Assembly: GCA_038998625.1 (NCBI GenBank)
Contig: JAWADS010000001.1
Coordinates: 9,222-73,221, forward strand
DNA: 64,000 nt
Direction: 5' to 3'
DNA from: Candidatus Aenigmatarchaeota archaeon
Lineage (GTDB): Archaea > Aenigmatarchaeota > Aenigmatarchaeia > CG10238-14 > SCSR01
Both the position numbers and the translations under genes were made by a program. How positions within the stretch are numbered: the stretch's first letter is position 1; each line of letters opens with the position of its first letter. The notes under the pieces are model-generated. The model saw only the letters and a program-made list of their open reading frames with translations, was not told the origin of the DNA and made no database searches. Shown piece after piece: positions 31,201 through 38,317 of this stretch.

Positions 31201-32682
31201 GATTCAAAGATTGGTAATAAAAATAATGAAATCCTTAAGGGAATACAAAAAATCATAGAACTTCACGGCACAGGTCCTAAAGGAAACTATGTAGACATAA
31301 TCGATGGTACGGAATATGTGTGGTTTATGGAAGAAGGTAAGTTTGAAGTTAAGTATACAAATGAAGCCGGGAATAAAGTTACAATAACCTATAGAATAAC
31401 TGATGCGGGTATTGTACCTACTGAATATAAGGAAGAAGGTAAAGTGGGCTTTGATGCTCTCGGTTGCTTAACACGTCCCTTAGGTTTAGGTGGGAATTGT
31501 TGTTTAAATCTAGCTGGGTGTGATGTAGGAATAATAGAAGAAAGGAAGATTAGTTTCTCTGATTTACAACATGAGGCTTTCAATAGGGCCGATGATTTAA
31601 TTGTTGATAGAGTAGAAGGAGATTTAAATAGATTGACTGCCTTTACAAAACCCGATGAAATTCTTAATGAAGCTCAAAGAATAGCCGATAAACTAAATTC
31701 AGATCCAAATTTTGTTCAATATTATGGTAGGCCCATCACAGCTTCAGAAGTTATTGAACTTGCAAAACCAAAAATTAAAAAAGATGCTGAAACAGAATGC
31801 CTACAAGCATTTGCTGGAGATATTTATGGTTTCTCTTCACAAGAAGCTTATGATAAATGCGTTGAAGATACATATAAGAAAAAAGTTCAGGCATTCGAAG
31901 AAAGTCATAATCAGATAGGATTTAAAGATTGTTCACAAGCTGGTGGAACATGTATGCCACCTATACATGCTGTGGAACGTGGTTGCGAGAGGTTTTACTT
32001 TTATTGCGATAGTTCACGAATGTGTTGCAAATCCCAAGTAAGTACACCGCAAGAGCCTAAAGGTCAAGAGACAATCAATACTTACGAGGCATGTGAAGGC
32101 TTACGTAACCAGGGACTAGATTCAGGTTGCTATCTTGGCAAATGCGGTCAAGGTTACATTTCAGCAGGCTATTGCGATAAGGCAAATGACGTTTATTGTT
32201 GTGTTAAGGCAGAAGGGACTGGCCAAATCAACACTTACGAGGCATGTGAAGGCTTACGTAATCAAGGACTAGATTCAGGTTGCCATCTTGAAAAATGTAT
32301 TCAAGGTTACACTTCAGTAGGTTATTGTGATCAGGCAAATAGCGTTCATTGTTGTGTTAAAACAGAAGATTGTACTTCAAAGGAATTGAAAAAAGAATGT
32401 ATTAGTGATAAAAAACTAAGGATTACTGGTTATGTTTGTCCTTCTGGCTATGGTAGTGATATAAATTGTCTGAAATGTGTGGAGGGTTCTGCGGAGATAG
32501 AATGTAAAATGGGATGCAGCACCAAAACTAACAACTGTGTTGAAGAAAATTTTGTACCCATAGGAAATTATATTTGCCCAAAAGACGCTTGCAGTAAAAG
32601 CGGTGAATTTTGGACTTGTGATTTGGGTAGATGTGAGGCTCTACAAGGCAGCAGTGCACCTACTGCACCTACAAGTGAATAA
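25276..32682 (+). CDS. giant secreted/surface protein (2468 aa) with C-proximal hydrophobic segments and C-terminal Cys-rich modules
   Basis: Uninterrupted 7.4-kb ORF; signal peptide MKKSISIFLIITYLLSIIKVPIAV; hydrophobic stretches at residues about 1805-1900; C-terminal 400 aa with more than 40 Cys including a duplicated 51-aa 6-Cys module. Confidence 0.8.
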   Translation: MKKSISIFLIITYLLSIIKVPIAVTQSTDNFSDEDVKKILSKGAIFCVKDAVEVSKDVYKVVCLISPKNLTKVKFEFGPAFSFGRMEFLGYEATDKIEFVSKFKNFLEFEVFPTSRVGFTINIKANFRPNFKVTSTLPAYYFNDLKELFDAIDSIHSIEALEVLKSSCEVAFEKECVLEHFITNSSAPAKYINLTSDELSKLVALGEFSKKIDGADVKFVLSFENNEVKVYDKENYVGNFYLHSAFVPVKAPSLPETNLTSLETIKEVTLFFLNYELKINGTDVYITEYEDLDLLADEIFSGKLFPITGSFIATEIFNKIKEELLIKQSKQRDLAEKIHTFEKFATDYNVNIFKRIMIAILNEINNNIELGEIEEASQRITKLKNAVGEFSKNAVGEFKDYFQDLEKELTKIEETIKTDFKSALDYVRNLKEKITSETINDFLQVAKSKGVDISKKFTEKDGRRAPKVVNVVRTSVTELPPSIKDKITSPIFVPKGQPDLKDMKKFFKELAFRDYIDQGIYLFWGDYSKVPREYLQVYVSVAKEDYQKALKFIQFELKRNNIPHLMVKPELYDEVKNGKYVIILLRNNDDLRVVRTIEDILYNLNIRPGPKPLIKGISLDKYIISKYTFGAWENNFGGEKKIKPILAYNSDTGKLETISPETPLLPKVVTQSDLLNKNFKEGDVIAYFAPHGDARIYLMGEIKSFDASKKRVLVSNIFGSEFEIPINWVSNTPNIHIFYDKHKQIEIRQLSEKLWRNSLSKNLASKLSISDVELLLKNGFYLKGDLVYYLSEDKRIYSLPLDDFLKSPSIEDIFWDTYKNHLIVIPNSLSEKYPARLKGLAITKSVYNDITSWINNIQPGQQKGLVAFLTMNEKGVIDKVWLKGITDPVYEGVTLGSIQDFHKYILAKYLNPLEFGLHGKLLAYFVPEGFLPDLTLGQLLASFEYDKKDVFHLLLISRELGEVKFNFYRIDFSKLSKDDIQWLKYIANEYRRRTGTELALSTISEQLEAHPDLKAYFEKHSNFHKIGTQNIEMVHKIDETKAFKIALLNGEQAIGGLERSLKNLKKMIFFGNELDLQTGFTYRYSFRYASNIYTEIRRRVDLWDSILDNLLKSGEISQEIYNSYKNIINKVYEIGLTIEPGKPIKDTLKKIDEALKSIKNEKKTLFKLLSYQSKKLSIEPNTGFSEVAKNIEPTKLPENIEESIENSAIAKVAKEEAEKGIKEIPSQEEILQKIEREQERLISETPRTSFEPTAQKIGKVDELTSKIDNYILSSKIADSLTTENIRKLLDGKVVFVDDNYLLVLSPKGQLTLVHFPDKTFLYSSDGTKAVIKMRSTPYLTPDDLDELIKKNIPMVYPKYKLPDEVLVIGIVDGRPVEKLYDLREFKKFVENEGTPSAKISREFREKFNSYLDSIRGTEEEVVKALDKFFNMKGLPEKSDLTIAAGPAVKVKPKLLNIDEDYLQFRLGISIINAETAQNVLSPIYAIRDDLETNFKLMGIKTPDDIADGMTIKIKGRDYVLRKLPNNQISIELAVFREGDPSLLEFQKVGTFYLVDGEVKDAYSWNRAVASTFKDVKASQDLRDGRYILNTNNYKIEKMDYGSVVFENNRPAIFSIVGANRETMYVPISIDRSQFLQKTFSEIGTAGIGKEYAFGSDNGDVYRFTKRHWEPDLKWEMEVNGKPAGFLTDEGLKTKIRELVGSGYNPLIPAYRFSPIDVEKEIRGLSEPYYSKTFSNGQEAFRLRNVDGRIILETGGMQPRTITVEEARSLLATSKRVEILSTDGANLISQTSFWKQISRPVGILTKDFYPLVGPADFIAFGAIAAFSLYSITENREEMNRRIVYNTVENFAVEPLLVTTIARGLGLRAAFSGARAAVAGVGGAITLGILTAVVAAEMVAEDTIEEYLRGNRLNDMGIPIPNDLGSALGRVFGGYWDFLINSNSEQTLESSSMFNTVATSIYKDLSNQALKNFQNYIDSKIGNKNNEILKGIQKIIELHGTGPKGNYVDIIDGTEYVWFMEEGKFEVKYTNEAGNKVTITYRITDAGIVPTEYKEEGKVGFDALGCLTRPLGLGGNCCLNLAGCDVGIIEERKISFSDLQHEAFNRADDLIVDRVEGDLNRLTAFTKPDEILNEAQRIADKLNSDPNFVQYYGRPITASEVIELAKPKIKKDAETECLQAFAGDIYGFSSQEAYDKCVEDTYKKKVQAFEESHNQIGFKDCSQAGGTCMPPIHAVERGCERFYFYCDSSRMCCKSQVSTPQEPKGQETINTYEACEGLRNQGLDSGCYLGKCGQGYISAGYCDKANDVYCCVKAEGTGQINTYEACEGLRNQGLDSGCHLEKCIQGYTSVGYCDQANSVHCCVKTEDCTSKELKKECISDKKLRITGYVCPSGYGSDINCLKCVEGSAEIECKMGCSTKTNNCVEENFVPIGNYICPKDACSKSGEFWTCDLGRCEALQGSSAPTAPTSE
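26425..26472 (+). repeat. 24-nt tandem duplication (encodes KNAVGEFS twice) inside giant gene
   Basis: aaaaatgcagttggggaattt occurs twice with 24-nt period. Confidence 0.7.
32074..32379 (+). repeat. 153-nt tandem duplication (about 90 percent identity) encoding a 51-aa 6-Cys module
   Basis: atcaaTacttacgaggcatgtgaaggcttacgtaaCcagggactagattcaggttgcTatcttg... repeated starting 32074 and 32227. Confidence 0.85.
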
Positions 32683-32714
32683 AGCTGTTAAATCTTTAAT
32701 TACTAATATTATTT

Positions 32715-33569
32715 ATGGAAAAAGGTCAAGCAGGTTTAATAATTATTGCCGTAGTTGTTGTATTGGCCATAATAATTTTTATGTTTTCTTCATCTGGCCC
32801 TACCACAACCTTTCCTACTGGTGGTATAGGTGGTAAAGGAAGTGCTTTGAATATAGAGCAATTAAGGTTTAAACCTGAAGTCTTTTCAGGAGAAAGTATT
32901 GTTATCGAAGTAAAAATAAAGAATAGGGGTATATATGATGCTAAAAATGTTGTATTAAATCTTTTAGGCCTAACCGATGAATGGAAAATAGATGGCGAAC
33001 CATTAACATCAAATCATCCTAAAAGAACAGTGAGTTTTCCAACGCTTCTAGGAGATCCAAAGCTAAATGGTGAAGAACAAATAGCTATTTGGCAATTAAC
33101 AGTTCCAAATAAAGTAACTACCCTTACATATCCATTCACCATAAAACTTAATTATGATTATAAAAGTAGATACGAGGCATTGGTTAGAACAGTTTCCCCA
33201 ACTTTTAGAGAAAAGGGAAGGCTTCTAGATCAAAAGATTACTCCTGGACCCATAGTGGTTAGTCTCAAATCAGATGAGTGGCGCGTCATCGGAACTTTTA
33301 CAAGTGTTGAATTAACTATTACTAATTCTGGAGGCGGAGAGGTAGTGGACAGAGTTATTACTTTAAAAAACCTTAAAAATATAGAATGTCCGCAAACTAC
33401 ATTAACTTTTAGCACAAAAGATTCACAAATAGAAAAAGAAATAACAACAACATGTAAAATTCTTACAGGTTCGGTCCAAGAATTTAATGATATTGAAGTA
33501 AGTTTTGATTTAGAATATAGATATTCAATAAAACAAGATAAAAGCATAAAAGTTAAACCTTTAGCTTAA
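32715..33569 (+). CDS. secreted pilin-like protein with class III signal peptide
   Basis: MEKGQAGLIIIAVVVVLAIIIF matches archaeal prepilin motif (KG then Q/A); 260-aa beta-rich extracellular part with 2 Cys near C-terminus. Confidence 0.5.
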   Translation: MEKGQAGLIIIAVVVVLAIIIFMFSSSGPTTTFPTGGIGGKGSALNIEQLRFKPEVFSGESIVIEVKIKNRGIYDAKNVVLNLLGLTDEWKIDGEPLTSNHPKRTVSFPTLLGDPKLNGEEQIAIWQLTVPNKVTTLTYPFTIKLNYDYKSRYEALVRTVSPTFREKGRLLDQKITPGPIVVSLKSDEWRVIGTFTSVELTITNSGGGEVVDRVITLKNLKNIECPQTTLTFSTKDSQIEKEITTTCKILTGSVQEFNDIEVSFDLEYRYSIKQDKSIKVKPLA

Positions 33570-33660
33570 GATACAAATCTTTTTAAATCTTACTAAACTA
33601 TTTTACAATAATTCATCTATTCATCTTAAGCTACATCTATTCAAAACAATAAAAATAAGC

Positions 33661-33668
33661 AGGAGGTG
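33661..33668 (+). promoter_or_regulatory. Shine-Dalgarno-like site for albA
   Basis: AGGAGGTG located 9 nt upstream of the ATG at 33677. Confidence 0.5.
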
Positions 33669-33676
33669 TAACAAAA

Positions 33677-33958
33677 ATGGCAGAAATGCAACAAGACAAT
33701 GTTATTCTAATCGGTAGAAAAAGCCCCATGAGTTATGTACTAGCTGTAATAACTCAATTCACTAATGGTGCTTCTGAAGTTTTAATAAAAGCTAGAGGGC
33801 GAGCCATATCAAGGGCTGTTGATGTAGCTGAGATTGTAAGAAGAAGATTCTTACAAGATGTAAAAGTTAGTGACATAAAAATTGATACAGAAGAAAGGGA
33901 AGTTCCTGATAGGGGGAAGCTAAACGTATCAACAATTACAATAAAGTTAAGTAAGTGA
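33677..33958 (+). CDS. albA: DNA/RNA-binding protein Alba
   Basis: [28 protein letters not shown]...[22 protein letters not shown] matches Alba family across full length. Confidence 0.85.
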   Translation: MAEMQQDNVILIGRKSPMSYVLAVITQFTNGASEVLIKARGRAISRAVDVAEIVRRRFLQDVKVSDIKIDTEEREVPDRGKLNVSTITIKLSK

Positions 33959-33994
33959 TATTTTCTTCTTCCCCCTTTCTTTATTTTATTAGAG

Positions 33995-35539
33995 TTATCT
34001 ATCTAAAATGAAAGTTTTTTTGTGGAGAGGCTCTTCTCTAACCACGTGAATTAATATTTCCCTTCTTTCCCCCACACCAAAGCAGTGCTCTTCCTCTAAA
34101 ATTTTTCTTACTCTTTCCAATTTTCTACTTTTCTCTGAAAATACAGTAAAAATTATATCACCCTTTTTCACAAAATCACCAACTTTTTTTCTTAATAAAA
34201 TTCCAGATCCTTTATCTTTTGGTGCTCCTGCAGCTCTAGCAACTTCAACTAAAGCATTGTTATCTAACCAAAGGACAAAACCATTTCTATCTGTTCTCAT
34301 ATCAAGCCCATAGCTACCTATTTCAATATCCTCAGGCCTTATGTGACTATCGCCACCTTGCCAAGAAATAATTTCCCTCAGCTTTTTTTCAGCCTCACCT
34401 GATTTTAAAATTTCTAGGGCAGTTCTTCTATCTCCTTTGTTAGTCATTTTTAACAAAATTCCAGCCAAATCAACAGCTTTATCAATTACATCAGGAACAT
34501 TTTTTCTTCTCATTAAAATTTCCAATGCTTCTCTCGCTTCTAAAGCTGGCCCTATGGCATAGCCCAAAGGTTCTTCTCCATATGTTACAGCACATTCTGT
34601 TTTTATTCCAAGTCTTTTCCCCAATTCAATAAAATCTTTAGCTAAAAGATTAGCATCTCCAATAGTTTTAACTTTCGATCCCCTTCCAGTAGGTATATCT
34701 ATAACTAAAAAATTTGATCCCACAGCCTTTTTTTTACTCATGATGGAAGGAAGCAAAAGTGGATCTATAGATAAAGGATGTTCAATTTGAATGAAAATAT
34801 CATCAGCAGGCGCCAAATGTAATGCGCCACCCCATACTATACAACCATTGCATTTATTAACAACATTTCTCATTTCTTCTATCTCCAATTCTACATTCAT
34901 TAAAACACTAGCTCTATCTGCAGTTCCAGCCGCACTTGTTATGGCTCGAGAAGAAGTTTTTGGTATGGTTAAGCCAGCAGCAGCTATTATGGGAACAAGT
35001 AATAAGGTTGTCTTATCTCCTGGTAATCCTCCCACAGAATGTTTATCAACTATAGAATTTTTTGTTTCAAGTTCAAGTTTTTTTCCAGTTTCTATCATTG
35101 CCAAGGTTAAGTTAATGGTTTCGTCTAAACTCAAACCAAAATCATTCAAAGCAGTAACGAAGGATGCAATCTCTAACTCGCTTAAATTACCCTCCACAAC
35201 ATCTCTAACAATTTGAAATATTTCCTCTCGAGATAATGTTCTTCCTTTAAGTTTATTTTTTATGTATTGCAAAGATTTAGGGAATTTTGCTGGTTCAACT
35301 TCTACTTCTTCATTTTCTCTTACTTCTAGAACACTTTGAACTTCTTCATAAATTCCAATAAAATTTTTTGGAACAACTCTTTTAGCAATATTTACTATTG
35401 CCGTAATGGTTTTTTTCTTAGTTTGTATTTTTATTCTACTCCCACTTCTTATTCCTAATTCTTCTGCATCTTCAAAGTTAATGATTGCGATAGGTTTGCC
35501 CCCAGACTCTAAGCCGAGAATTTTTATTTTTAGCTTCAT
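33995..35539 (-). CDS. AMP phosphorylase (thymidine phosphorylase family, DeoA-like with N-terminal extension)
   Basis: DKHSVGGLPGDKTTLLLVPIIAAAGLTIPKTSSRAITSAAGTADR matches pyrimidine-nucleoside phosphorylase core; about 514 aa with extra N-terminal domain as in archaeal AMPpase. Confidence 0.7.
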   Translation of the reverse strand: MKLKIKILGLESGGKPIAIINFEDAEELGIRSGSRIKIQTKKKTITAIVNIAKRVVPKNFIGIYEEVQSVLEVRENEEVEVEPAKFPKSLQYIKNKLKGRTLSREEIFQIVRDVVEGNLSELEIASFVTALNDFGLSLDETINLTLAMIETGKKLELETKNSIVDKHSVGGLPGDKTTLLLVPIIAAAGLTIPKTSSRAITSAAGTADRASVLMNVELEIEEMRNVVNKCNGCIVWGGALHLAPADDIFIQIEHPLSIDPLLLPSIMSKKKAVGSNFLVIDIPTGRGSKVKTIGDANLLAKDFIELGKRLGIKTECAVTYGEEPLGYAIGPALEAREALEILMRRKNVPDVIDKAVDLAGILLKMTNKGDRRTALEILKSGEAEKKLREIISWQGGDSHIRPEDIEIGSYGLDMRTDRNGFVLWLDNNALVEVARAAGAPKDKGSGILLRKKVGDFVKKGDIIFTVFSEKSRKLERVRKILEEEHCFGVGERREILIHVVREEPLHKKTFILDR

Positions 35540-35542
35540 CCT

Positions 35543-35818
35543 TCATCTCACCACACAAGATTTCTTTATATCATCATAACTACACTGCATATTCGGTTTT
35601 GGAGATAAAACTTGAGGACAAACAACAAAAACTTTATCGCAATCCATTTTTTGCGAATAATTTCTTAAATCAACACACTCCCAATAAGCTCCTGCCGTTT
35701 CTGGGCAACAGTTTGTTATAACCCATTCACATCTTGGCATTTCTTTAAGACCTTTCAAATACATATTTATTAAAATTCCTATAACAGCTAAAATAAAAAT
35801 TATTGTTATAAACTTCAT
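35543..35818 (-). CDS. small secreted Cys-rich protein (10 Cys in 91 aa)
   Basis: Signal peptide MKFITIIFILAVIGILINMYL; CEWVITNCCPETAGAYWECVD...; start/stop overlap the flanking genes. Confidence 0.4.
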   Translation of the reverse strand: MKFITIIFILAVIGILINMYLKGLKEMPRCEWVITNCCPETAGAYWECVDLRNYSQKMDCDKVFVVCPQVLSPKPNMQCSYDDIKKSCVVR

Positions 35819-36666
35819 CCCTCTCCCTTAATCATTTTAATAATTTGTTCTGGTGTTTTAATTCCTTCGTCTGTTATTATTCTTGTTACAAACTTCCAAG
35901 GCACAATATCAAAAGCAGGATTTCTAATTTTAACTCCAGTTAATTTTCCAGGATGCAAAAGTCTATGATAAACTTCTTCTGGTGGCCTTTCTTCTATTAC
36001 TAGTTTTTCCCTTCTGTCAAGCTTTAATTTATTTCCCACCACATAAAATTTTTTTCCAAAATTTTTAGCAGCTAGAGCTAAATTTAGCGTCCCAATCTTA
36101 TTCACAAAACCTTCTTTCCTCATAGCATCTGTGCCCACAATAACCATGTCAACTTCTTTCATGAAAAAACCTACTGCATTATCTGTTATCAAAGTTATAG
36201 GAATTTTTTCCCTTGCCATTTCTTTTACTGTTTTAATACCTTGTTGTAAAGGTTCTGTTTCTGTTGCTATGACTGAAATTTTTTTCCCTATTTTGTTGGC
36301 GTATTTTATTACCGCTAAAGCTTCCCCCGAATGGCAATGGGTCATGATTTTTGCTTCCCTTGGAATTACTTTTTGACCAATTTTTTCAATTTTTTTTGTT
36401 GAATTTTCCAGTTGTTTTATTAGTTTGTCTATTGTTGACATTTTTTTATTTTTTTTAATAATTTCCAGGCAGTTGTGCAAAACTACAGCCGTTGGGCGGG
36501 CCCTTTCTAAAATCATAGCTGCAACTTCAAACTTTAATCCAAATCCATTTTTCTTACAGAAATCTTTCAAAAATTTTAATGAATATAAAGCAATTTCCCT
36601 AGCCCCTTGAATTTTTAATTTTTTCAAATTTTTCTCTACTGTTTCTAAATTTTTCATATATTCCAA
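35815..36666 (-). CDS. ribose-1,5-bisphosphate isomerase (e2b2/eIF-2B-like family)
   Basis: IMTHCHSGEAL and GTDAMRKEGFVNKIGT motifs of the eIF-2B alpha/beta/delta-like isomerase family; adjacent to AMP phosphorylase. Confidence 0.55.
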   Translation of the reverse strand: MEYMKNLETVEKNLKKLKIQGAREIALYSLKFLKDFCKKNGFGLKFEVAAMILERARPTAVVLHNCLEIIKKNKKMSTIDKLIKQLENSTKKIEKIGQKVIPREAKIMTHCHSGEALAVIKYANKIGKKISVIATETEPLQQGIKTVKEMAREKIPITLITDNAVGFFMKEVDMVIVGTDAMRKEGFVNKIGTLNLALAAKNFGKKFYVVGNKLKLDRREKLVIEERPPEEVYHRLLHPGKLTGVKIRNPAFDIVPWKFVTRIITDEGIKTPEQIIKMIKGEG

Positions 36667-36696
36667 TTATTTTTACAGAAAATTAAACATAAGCCA

Positions 36697-37329
36697 TTAT
36701 TTCAAATATTTCAAGAACCAATCCTTTGCTAACTTTGCTACTTCTTCCAAGGCTCCAGGCTCTTCAAATAAATGAGTGGCTTTTGGTACTATAACTAATT
36801 TCTTTTCAGCTTTAATTTTATCATAAGCTTCTTTATTGAGTTCTATAACCGCCTCATCATATTCACCCACAATTAAAAGGACGGGCGCTTTAACCTTTGG
36901 TAAATAGTTTTTTGCAAGATCTGGTCTACCACCACGCGAAACTATTGCAAAAACAGAAGGAATTTTTGTAGAAGCTTGTAATGCAGCAGCCGCCCCAGTA
37001 CTAGCGCCAAAATAACCAATTCTTAAGTTTTTAGTTTCTGGATTTGTTAGAACCCATTTAGTAGCAGCAATAAGACGCTCAGCTAATAAATCTATATTAA
37101 ATCTATTTTCGTATAAAGCATCTTCCTCTTTCGTTAGCAAATCAAAAAGAAGAGTTCCAATATCGGCTTCTTGTAAAACTCTTGCTACAAAAGTGTTTCT
37201 TGGGCTGAACCTATCACTTCCACTTCCATGGGCAAATAGCACTATACTTTTTGCTTTTGCTGGTAAATTTAATATACCTTCCAGCTTAATATCGTCAGTG
37301 AAAATTTTTATTGTTTTATCAATTCCCAT
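36697..37329 (-). CDS. dienelactone hydrolase-family alpha/beta hydrolase
   Basis: HGSGSDRFSPRN and GASTGAAAAL nucleophile elbow; about 210 aa. Confidence 0.6.
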   Translation of the reverse strand: MGIDKTIKIFTDDIKLEGILNLPAKAKSIVLFAHGSGSDRFSPRNTFVARVLQEADIGTLLFDLLTKEEDALYENRFNIDLLAERLIAATKWVLTNPETKNLRIGYFGASTGAAAALQASTKIPSVFAIVSRGGRPDLAKNYLPKVKAPVLLIVGEYDEAVIELNKEAYDKIKAEKKLVIVPKATHLFEEPGALEEVAKLAKDWFLKYLK

Positions 37330-37954
37330 AATATTTTTTAAGTATATTAATTACTTCTTCATCTTCAACCTGTCTGAAATCGACATAAAACTCTCCTATA
37401 GCCCCCATAAAGATTGGTTTTTCAACAACAATAACTTCATCAACAATTTTTTCTAATTCGTTAACTGTATCTCTGGGAGCTACAGGAACTGCAACAATTA
37501 TCTTTTTTGGATTTTGTTTTTTTAGAAATTGGATTGCTGCTTTCATTGTAGCTCCTGTTGCAATACCATCATCAACTAATATCAAAGTTTTATTTTTAAA
37601 AGAAGGATATTTTTTTCTTTTTCTATATTTTTTTAATCTCCTTTCAATTTCTTGCAATTCTTTTTTCATTTCTTTTTTTATGTAATTTTCGCTTACTCCT
37701 AAATCTTTAACTAAATTCTCATCTATATACAAACTACCATCCTGAGCAACAGCTCCTATAGCCAGTTCAGGGTTACCAGGAGCACCAATTTTCCTTGGAA
37801 CTATTATATCTAAATTTGCATTAAGATTTTTAGCAATTTCATCAGCAACAACAACTCCTCCTCTAGGAATAGCTAATATAATTGGGTTTTCATTCTTGAA
37901 TTTTGTTAAGATTTCTGCTAGCCTTTTACCAGCTTCTGTTCTATCTCTAAACAT
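37319..37954 (-). CDS. phosphoribosyltransferase (type I PRTase fold)
   Basis: ILVDDGIATGATMKAA PRPP-binding motif; often paired with a DLH-family hydrolase. Confidence 0.65.
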   Translation of the reverse strand: MFRDRTEAGKRLAEILTKFKNENPIILAIPRGGVVVADEIAKNLNANLDIIVPRKIGAPGNPELAIGAVAQDGSLYIDENLVKDLGVSENYIKKEMKKELQEIERRLKKYRKRKKYPSFKNKTLILVDDGIATGATMKAAIQFLKKQNPKKIIVAVPVAPRDTVNELEKIVDEVIVVEKPIFMGAIGEFYVDFRQVEDEEVINILKKYYGN

Positions 37955-38014
37955 TCTAATTAGAAGTTAAAATTAACTATTTAAATCAAAATCTTTTCTG
38001 AAATTTCAAATTAA

Positions 38015-38134
38015 TGGGGTCGGAGGGATTCGAACCCTCGTTAACCGGTTGCTTCTTACTTCTCATAGCTCCATATACTGGAGCCGGTTTTCTAATCATG
38101 GAAGATGTCTTAGACCTAGCTAGACCACGACCCC
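38015..38134 (-). tRNA. tRNA-Trp(CCA) with two predicted introns (about 17 nt after position 26; about 28 nt in anticodon loop)
   Basis: Minus-strand read: GGGGTCG-TG-GTCT-AGCTAGGTCTA-AGAC-A-[tcttccatgattagaaa]-ACCGG-CTCCA[gtatatggagctatgagaagtaagaagc]AA-CCGGT-TAAC-GAGGG-TTCGAAT-CCCTC-CGACCCC-A; perfect acceptor and T arms. Confidence 0.6.
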
Positions 38135-38235
38135 AGCCACCAGTGGGATTCGAACCCACAACCCCCTGATAACTTTCTGTCATTTTTCCAGTTATCAGGT
38201 ACAAGTCAGGTGCTCTACCGTTGAGCTATGGTGGC
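38135..38235 (-). tRNA. tRNA-Thr(UGU) with about 29-nt canonical-position (37/38) intron
   Basis: GCCACCA-TA-GCTC-AACGGTA-GAGC-A-CCTGA-CTTGTA[cctgataactggaaaaatgacagaaagtt]A-TCAGG-GGGTT-GTGGG-TTCGAAT-CCCAC-TGGTGGC-T; directly abuts tRNA-Trp. Confidence 0.7.
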
Positions 38236-38317
38236 ATAAAATAAATATATTTTTTCAAATATAGAAAATTTATAAAATAAAAGTTTTTTGTTTTATGAAT
38301 TTTTTAGGTAAAATAAT

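Noticed and set aside
26988-31583. Several 60-116-aa minus-strand ORFs inside the giant gene (26988-27314, 27356-27556, 30801-31151, 31389-31583)
   Set aside because: Antisense to a long, clearly coding ORF; low-complexity translations; typical shadow ORFs in AT-rich sequence
32074-32379. Possible CRISPR-like or mobile repeat
   Set aside because: Only two copies, directly tandem, in-frame and coding a Cys module; no spacer-repeat architecture and no cas genes. No CRISPR array was found anywhere in the window
35543-35818. Considered calling the Cys-rich small ORF a definite secreted toxin or bacteriocin
   Set aside because: Its start and stop overlap the two flanking salvage-pathway genes on the same strand; coding status is uncertain, so it is kept as a low-confidence feature only
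37986-38204. 72-aa minus-strand ORF
   Set aside because: Lies entirely over the tRNA-Trp/tRNA-Thr genes; it is an artefact of reading through structured RNA
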